Shown: in pieces, positions 40,049-46,662 of the stretch
How positions within the stretch are numbered: position 1 is the first letter of the stretch
How the letters are laid out: every line of letters begins with the position of its first letter
DNA from: Gammaproteobacteria bacterium
GTDB taxonomy: Bacteria > Pseudomonadota > Gammaproteobacteria > Eutrophobiales > Eutrophobiaceae
Assembly (NCBI GenBank): GCA_047517145.1
Contig: JAKZTI010000073.1
Location: 1-46,662, forward strand
Direction of reading: 5' to 3'
DNA: 46,662 nt
Notes under the pieces: generated by a model
The model's input: the letters and a program-made list of their open reading frames with translations, nothing else
Told to the model about the DNA's origin: nothing
The model's database searches: none
Made by a program: the position numbers and the translations under genes

Positions 40049-40549
40049 TTGTCGAACTTGGAATTAATCAGTTTGCGTGTGAGCGTTGGCTATCTAGGTG
40101 AAAAAGCACAATATGATTGGTGGCCAACGGAGTTTTTCTCAGCGACTAGCGAAGCTTTTCTTAGCCCAGTGTTCAGTAGAACAAGATTTCTCGCTCGCTA
40201 CCACGGCATTACCACGGCAGCGCGACGCCTTCATGATGAACGGGTCGGAGTCGGCCGTGTTTTCCATTTATTCCGACTGCCCGCAGTTGCAGAGCAGGCT
40301 CTTCACGAGGAATTGCTAGCTGAAAGCATTGTTAAGTCTATGCTAGCAAACACAGAATCAAAAGATGCTGCATTGGCTGCCATCGAAATGCTGGCTGACT
40401 CTTCGGTACCGACCTCCGAAGGCCCCGTTCAAATCGGCGAAACAGCAGATTTGGTAGGGGTGGACTGGATTGCCCAAGCAGCCGCTTACTATCGAGACGC
40501 TTTTAAGGGGAATAATCAGTGCTTTCCGTATCTCAAAGATCCGATTTAG
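40049..40549 (+). CDS. brxE: BrxE family protein
   Basis: LRxxVGYLGE..WW, HDER.GVG..HLFRLP and terminal FPY motifs; GGAGG RBS with TTG start; heads the brx operon. Confidence 0.78.
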   Translation: MSNLELISLRVSVGYLGEKAQYDWWPTEFFSATSEAFLSPVFSRTRFLARYHGITTAARRLHDERVGVGRVFHLFRLPAVAEQALHEELLAESIVKSMLANTESKDAALAAIEMLADSSVPTSEGPVQIGETADLVGVDWIAQAAAYYRDAFKGNNQCFPYLKDPI

Positions 40550-41334
40550 TGGTGACACCGATTTATACGACTCAGCTGCAAGCGGGTCTGGGCCTGATCG
40601 AGGTGACGCGTGATTTGTTGGACTTGTGGCAAGAAGGTATGAACACTGCTGATTTGAATCATGCGGCGTTAAGTTCAGGCCGCTTCCCCAATGTTTCGGC
40701 CAGAAGGTTGCGAAACATCGTATCCGAGTGTTTTGCGCCTCGCTATTTGGTGCCACCGGGCCCGCCTGCAATATATTTAAAGCAGTTAGCGCCAATCGTT
40801 ACCACGATGGAACTACAACAATTACTCCTTATATATACGGCTCGCGCAAACACAATATTTGCCGACTTCATTCGCGACGTTTACTGGCAGCGGTACTCGG
40901 CTGGGCTGGATTACATCGATAAAGAGCATGCCAAGCGATTCTTGCTGCAAGCTATCGATGAGGGGAAAACCAGCAAACGATGGTCGGAGAGCACAGTTAA
41001 TCGTGTATCTGGCTACTTGCTAGGGTGCTGTGCCGACTACGGATTGCTTGGTCAAAGAATTAAAAGTGGAAGAATGATGGCGTCTTTTCGAATCGATTCG
41101 CGTGTTACCGCGTATCTAGCGCACGATCTGTATTTTTCCAATCGAGGTGATAATCTCGTTGTTGTCCACGAAGACTGGGGACTGTTTGGTTTCGAAGCGT
41201 CGGATGTGCGTAACGAGCTAAAACGTGTTTCGCTCCAAGGTCATTTCATTGTTCAGACAGCCGGTGATGTGATTCAAATTGGGTGGCGTTACGAGTCATT
41301 ACAGGAGTTAGTAGATGTCCTCGCTCAACAGTGA
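40549..41334 (+). CDS. brxA: BrxA (DUF1819) protein
   Basis: YTTQLQAGLG, SARRLRN, FAPRY, WSEST and DYGLL motifs; GTG start coupled to the brxE stop. Confidence 0.8.
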   Translation: MVTPIYTTQLQAGLGLIEVTRDLLDLWQEGMNTADLNHAALSSGRFPNVSARRLRNIVSECFAPRYLVPPGPPAIYLKQLAPIVTTMELQQLLLIYTARANTIFADFIRDVYWQRYSAGLDYIDKEHAKRFLLQAIDEGKTSKRWSESTVNRVSGYLLGCCADYGLLGQRIKSGRMMASFRIDSRVTAYLAHDLYFSNRGDNLVVVHEDWGLFGFEASDVRNELKRVSLQGHFIVQTAGDVIQIGWRYESLQELVDVLAQQ

Positions 41335-41887
41335 CTTTAAAGAACTCCTTGAGCGTATTCGTCGGGGACGAGAATTCATGGATTCAAGCTTTGAGCCCAT
41401 TTACTACCTTGTCTTCAGGCCAAGCGAAATACTCGAGGTCAAACGCCAGACACCCGCTTGGATGGCCAAATTACGTAATGAGGGCTGGGAAGTACACACT
41501 TTCTCAATTGCAGAGCATGTCTCAGCTGTTCTAAAAGATTCCCCTAGACGTAGATTTTGGATTGAGCGAGATAAGCAGCATCCACTGGACTGGGAGACTA
41601 CAAATGATTCTCTGGCCGATGCATTACGCCAAGGATATTTGCAGCAGCATTTGGAAACAACGCTGTCTGAACTCGAAGGGGAAGAAAACGCGATCATACT
41701 CGTGACTGATCTCGAGGCACTGCACCCCTATCTCCGTATAGGAGCAATTGAGGCACAGTTGCAAGGCAAATTTCATGTGCCAACGGTGTTTCTGTACCCA
41801 GGCGTAAGAACGGGAAAAACGCGTCTTAAATTCCTCGGCTTTTATCCAGAGGACGGCAACTACCGATCGGTTCATGTCGGCGGTTAG
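41315..41887 (+). CDS. brxB: BrxB (DUF1788) protein
   Basis: PIYYLVF, DLEALHPYLR, FLYPG and LKFLG..DGNYRS motifs; position in the operon. Confidence 0.82.
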   Translation: MSSLNSDFKELLERIRRGREFMDSSFEPIYYLVFRPSEILEVKRQTPAWMAKLRNEGWEVHTFSIAEHVSAVLKDSPRRRFWIERDKQHPLDWETTNDSLADALRQGYLQQHLETTLSELEGEENAIILVTDLEALHPYLRIGAIEAQLQGKFHVPTVFLYPGVRTGKTRLKFLGFYPEDGNYRSVHVGG

Positions 41888-41918
41888 TAAATATACTGAT
41901 ATTAGATGGTAACTTGAT

Positions 41919-44900
41919 ATGCAAATAAGAGAAATTTTTGACTCAAGTAGGGACATTTTTCGGCCGATCGAAAAAGTTATATCTTATGGAGCGACTCAGG
42001 AACAGAGTTTGAAAAAAGAGATCTCCGAATATGTTGTCACGGAGAGCATGGAGGAGCAGCTAGAAAAGCTTCTCAAAGGTATGCAGGCCGCCATGGATCA
42101 GGGCGGTGAATATGAGATTGGTGTTTGGGTTTCCGGCTTCTATGGCTCAGGTAAGAGTTCGTTTACAAAATATCTCGCGTTAGCGCTCGACGATTCAGTA
42201 GTCGTAGAAGGTCAACCATTTTTAAAGCATTTCCAGGATCGCTGTCATAAAGCAGGTACAAAAGCGTTGCTGGGTACTCTGGCGGCGCGGTTTCCCGCTG
42301 CCGTTGTTATGTTAGACCTTGCTAGTGAGCAAATTGCTGGCGCGACACTCGTGGAGGTCTCGACAGTGCTTTACTACAAGGTACTACAATGGGCAGGATA
42401 TTCGAGAAACGTCAAAATTGCCGCTTTTGAAAGGAAGCTGAAAAAAGACGGAAGGTATGAGGAGTTCCAGAAGCTATTTCAGGATGAAGTGAAGGAACCT
42501 TGGACCGAGTGTCAAAATGATCAACTTGTGGCCGATAGTGTGTTACCAAAAATCGCTCATCAACTCTACCCAACCATGTTTGAAACTCCACAATCTTTTA
42601 CAACAACAAGCACCGACATTATTTATCTCATGGATGACCGAGTACAAGAAATGCTCGATATTGTTCACGAGCATTCTGGTAAGGAAAATGTACTCTTCGT
42701 AATCGATGAAGTAGGCCAATATGTCGGTAGTAACCAAAATAAAATATTGGATCTACAGGGACTGGCGGAGAACTTTAAGAATATTGGCAATGGTAAAGTA
42801 TGGTTAATTAATACTGCGCAACAGACGCTGACCGAAGACGATCCTCAAGTTGCAATCAATTCGCCTCAACTTTACAAGTTAAAAGATCGCTTCCCCATTT
42901 CAGTGAATCTAAAGTCACAAGATATCAAGGAGATTTGTTTTCGCCGATTGCTAGGCAAATCGCCGGAGGGTGTCACAACATTAGAGGAGCGATTTCAACA
43001 GCACGGCCAGGCTTTGCGCCATAATACAAAGCTTGAAGACGCCAAATTCTATGACTCAAACTTTGGCGAAGAGGAATTTATTAATCTCTATCCGTTTCTA
43101 CCAGCCCATTTCGATATTCTGCTTTATCTCCTTGGCCAATTGGCAAAGTCAACGGGCGGCGTTGGATTACGTTCGGCGATCAAGGTCATTCAGGACATAC
43201 TAGTCGACAACGAACACGGGCGAATACCGGCGGCGGATTGCCTTATTGGCTGGCTTGCTACCACCGTTACGCTCTATGATTCGCTCGAACGCGACATAGA
43301 ACGGGCTTGCTCTCCCGAGTATCAAGCAGTCGGCAAAGTAATGATTCGTTATCCAGATTCTCAGTTACATCAGGATATCGCAAAAACAATTGCGGTACTT
43401 CAAATTCTTGGAAATCTGCCGATAACTAAGGTAAATGTTGCCGGATTGATGCATGCGAAAATTTCGGACTCATCACGTTTGGAGGAAATTCAGGTTGCAA
43501 TTGATGAAATGTTGGGTGATGCGATCGTGCCGTTGGGAGAAACCGATGGTTCGATCAGTTTTCACAGCGAAAAGCTCACTGATATCGCACAAGAACGGGG
43601 GCAAATCCCGCTAAGAAATGCTGACGCAAGGCGAATCTTCAATGATTCATTGAGAGAGTTGTTTACACCAGCGCACGAAAGTGCAAGTTCACATATCATT
43701 AGGCGTTTCCACAGGAATTAAATCGCAGAAAGGTGCTCAAGTCATTAGTTTATCGGGGGAACGAGAACCCATTCAGACGGTGATTCAGTTTGCAGATGAC
43801 GCGGATTTTGAGACGGATAAATCGAGCCTCGTGAGTGAATCTCGCGAACGCTCTTCGTTGCAAGTTATCTACTTGCTGGGCCAAAGTGCCGCTGATGCCG
43901 ATACGATGGTAATGGAAATCTATCGCTGCGAACGGATTGCTGAAGCTCACCGAAGCGATCCCGATCAAGAGGTTAGAGATTACTGCATCAGTCAAACTGA
44001 TAGAGCAACCAAGCTAAAAAAAGACCTGCAACAAAAATTAGAACGAGGTCTCAAACGCGGTGCATATGTCTTTCGAGGGCAGTCCACTGCCGTCAACGCA
44101 TTGGACAGCGAATTGACACAAGCGACCAAACTGCAGTTGTCGGCAGCCGCAACAGAAATATTTGATCGATATCCGGATGCCGCTGTTCGGGCTGAGACAA
44201 ACGTTGCGGAAAGATTCCTGCGTCTAGAGAACCTGAATGCCGTAACGTCACAGATTGATCCACTTGGACTGGTCGAAAAAGATGGCGGCAGCTTTAAGGT
44301 CAATACAGATCATGCCGCGATTATTGGTATTAGAAACTACATCGATCGAACAGGGACAATTGAAGGTAAGCGACTTCAAGAGCACTTTGGTGGAGCACCG
44401 TTTGGGTGGTCTCCAGACACGGTACGATACGTTGTAGCGGCGATGCTAATGACAGGGGAAGTAAAAGTTCGTATCAGTGGTAATGAGGTCACGGCTGCCG
44501 GTCAACAAGCGATCGATGCACTAAAGACCAATAACACTTTCAAAAACATTGGTATTTTACTGCGGGATGATCGGCCCTCAAATGAAGTAGTTTCGAAAGC
44601 TGCCGAGAGATTAACGGATTTGACGGGCGAGAATGTTGTACCGCTAGAGCAAAATATCAGTCAGACTGCTGCTAAGCATCTTCCGCAGGTAAACCAAAAG
44701 ATTGCTTCTTTACCACAAAAACTTGATGACTTGGCCATACCGGGCGGGGATAAGATAGCCGGGGCCGCTCAGGAAATTGCCGACCTTTTATTGACCGATG
44801 CCTCTGATGCTCCGTTTGTCTTGGGCAAGGAAGAATCAAATTTGTACGAGACGGTGATATGGGCACTAGCGGTCAAGAAGAGTTTGGATCAGGGCCTGGA

Positions 44901-45531
44901 GTCGACCATTAGCGCTGTGCGGAAGCATCAAAAGGAAATAGAAGCGCTTCCAGATAAAGGAACACCGGGTCAGCTCAAAAGCGATGTCGAAGACGAAATG
45001 CAACAGATAGATTCGCGTCTGGCGGCGGATGATTTTTATAAGCACGGTGCAGACCTGAGTACGCTGCTCACAGGTTTGAAATCAAAAGTGAATAATGCTG
45101 CATCGAACCTCATCAGCGAACAGCAGGATCGTGTGCGTGCAGCAGAGAAAGACCTGGAACGTTTGTCCGAGTGGGATGAGCTGACCAAAGAAGAGCAAAA
45201 TAACGTGCTCAACCAAATCGACGAACTGCACATCGAAGTCGAGACTGATCTCGAAGGCTTGCGACGATTGGTCTGTCACGAGTTCGATGTTCAATCAAGT
45301 ATTGCCGAATTGAAGGCGCGGGTTATTGAGGAAGGCCAAGAAAGGCGTCGTAAACGCGTTGAGAGAGAAAAGGGTAAGAAAGACGGCGATGCTAAAGAGC
45401 ACAGAGTTGTAAACGTTCCAGAGGTGATTTCGGATTTAGAGGAACTCGAGCAGATCATCAAGGCGCTCGAAAAGGTTAAGGCGGAAATGACCTACTTCGA
45501 TTCCTTCGAAATCCGAATTGAGAAGGAGTAA
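41919..45531 (+). pseudogene. brxC: BrxC P-loop ATPase split by a +1 frameshift near 43675
   Basis: ORF 41919-43721 carries WVSGFYGSGKS, LFVIDEVGQY and YPF. ORF 43681-45531 carries PFGW and a coiled-coil tail. Removing one base at about 43675 joins them into roughly 1200 aa. Confidence 0.82.
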
Positions 45532-45541
45532 GTGCGTCGTC

Positions 45542-46662
45542 ATGGCCTTCGATCAGACTACTCGTAAGCAGCTTCAGGACTTCGTTCATGCTGCCCGAAC
45601 GTTGCTCACGGATGAGTTCACACGGCAGCTGCAGCAGAACCATGGATTGGATCCGGAGACTGGGGATGTCACTGAACTTGAGACGCTCACACACCTTGAC
45701 GATCATACCTTTGAAATAGCTAGTCTACTCAGAGAAATCATGGCCCATTACGAGGCATCTGACATGGTGTCAGGACAAGAAGGACAGAAATTCGTTCTAA
45801 ATCGAATCGCTAGAGAGCAAGCGTTCACCGTTTTAAATCGACTCGTTGCATTTCGCATGATGGAGACGCGAGGATTACTGCGGCAATCCGTTGGGAGTGG
45901 ATTTCAATCGGAAGGATTCCAACTCTATGAGCGTCTCGCAGGCCGCGGACTGGGGGATACAGGCGAGGCCTATCAAGTTTTTTTATTCAGCCTCTTCGAT
46001 GAATTTTCGCAAGAGATGCCACAACTATTTGACCGATACTCTGCACACGGACAGCTCTTTCCCCGCGAGCGGGCACTGGTCGATCTGCTGGTTTTGATTA
46101 ATGCGACACACCTCGAGCATTTATGGGCGGAGGATGAAACCATCGGTTGGATTTATCAATACTTTAATTCGGCCGAAGAACGCAAAAAGATGCGGGACGA
46201 AGGCAAATCCGGCCCGCGCAACAGTCGAGAATTGGCCGTTCGCAATCAGTTTTTCACACCAAGATATGTTGTGGAGTTCCTGGTAGACAATTCACTCGGC
46301 CGCCAGTGGTACAACTACACAGGTGGTGAGTCCGCCATATTCGATAAATGCCAGTATCTGTTGGTCAAACCGGATGATCCAAAACCGGAGCAACCCGAGC
46401 TTTTGCCAGACCCTCGCGGTATTCGATTGTTAGACCCTGCTTGCGGTTCCATGCATTTCGGCCTTTATGCTTATGACCTCTTTGAGTTAATTTACAAAGA
46501 AGCCTGGGCGGCGGAACATGACAAAGGAGCCGACAAACTTAGAAGAGAGGACGGCATTGAACCACTCACACAGGTTTATCAATCTGAGCAGGATTTTCTC
46601 ACCGACCTGCCCCGACTCATTCTGAATCACAATATCTTTGGCGTTGAAATTGATTCCAGAGC
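45542..46662 (+). CDS. pglX: PglX/BrxX adenine DNA methyltransferase (runs off window)
   Basis: Hand translation MAFDQTTRKQL..., AFTVLNRL, IGWIYQYF, NQFFTPRYVV, LDPACGSMHF, NIFGVEID. Absent from the ORF track because no stop occurs in the window. Confidence 0.9.
   Translation, partial: MAFDQTTRKQLQDFVHAARTLLTDEFTRQLQQNHGLDPETGDVTELETLTHLDDHTFEIASLLREIMAHYEASDMVSGQEGQKFVLNRIAREQAFTVLNRLVAFRMMETRGLLRQSVGSGFQSEGFQLYERLAGRGLGDTGEAYQVFLFSLFDEFSQEMPQLFDRYSAHGQLFPRERALVDLLVLINATHLEHLWAEDETIGWIYQYFNSAEERKKMRDEGKSGPRNSRELAVRNQFFTPRYVVEFLVDNSLGRQWYNYTGGESAIFDKCQYLLVKPDDPKPEQPELLPDPRGIRLLDPACGSMHFGLYAYDLFELIYKEAWAAEHDKGADKLRREDGIEPLTQVYQSEQDFLTDLPRLILNHNIFGVEIDSR

Noticed and set aside
45476-46286. Short listed ORFs after brxC
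   Set aside because: They overlap the open pglX frame that starts at 45542.

Overview
Chromosomal window from a probable gammaproteobacterium (inferred from prfB-lysS, the aceE-aceF-lpdA layout and the Hvf cluster). Bases 1-39.6 kb are mostly core genes: prfB, lysS, an HvfABC/bufferin-type MNIO RiPP cluster with a detached HvfX-like DoxX gene, a ThDP decarboxylase/aldehyde dehydrogenase/FMN glutamate-synthase trio, a CPA1 antiporter, an MBL hydrolase, 1-Cys peroxiredoxin, Rieske ferredoxin, argG, YbfF-like esterase, SulP-STAS-cNMP, the PDH operon, an M17 peptidase, small conserved proteins, msrB, egtD and addBA. A defence island starts right after addA: a BREX operon (brxE-brxA-brxB-brxC with a 1-nt frameshift-pglX, running off the window). 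The most unusual structure is the ~360 bp in front of BREX. It holds an unannotated 3' remnant of a sigma54 enhancer-binding protein and a consensus sigma54 promoter. Both are bracketed by a directly repeated core (GGTCTGT) whose outer arms form a perfect 15-bp inverted repeat, i.e. attL/attR-like geometry. Also seen: matching ECF-type promoters before hvfA and hvfX, two CGTC-type REP doublets (one inside an IS5-like MITE) and a DUF2244 pseudogene made by internal deletion. All family calls come from motif recognition by eye; no searches were run.
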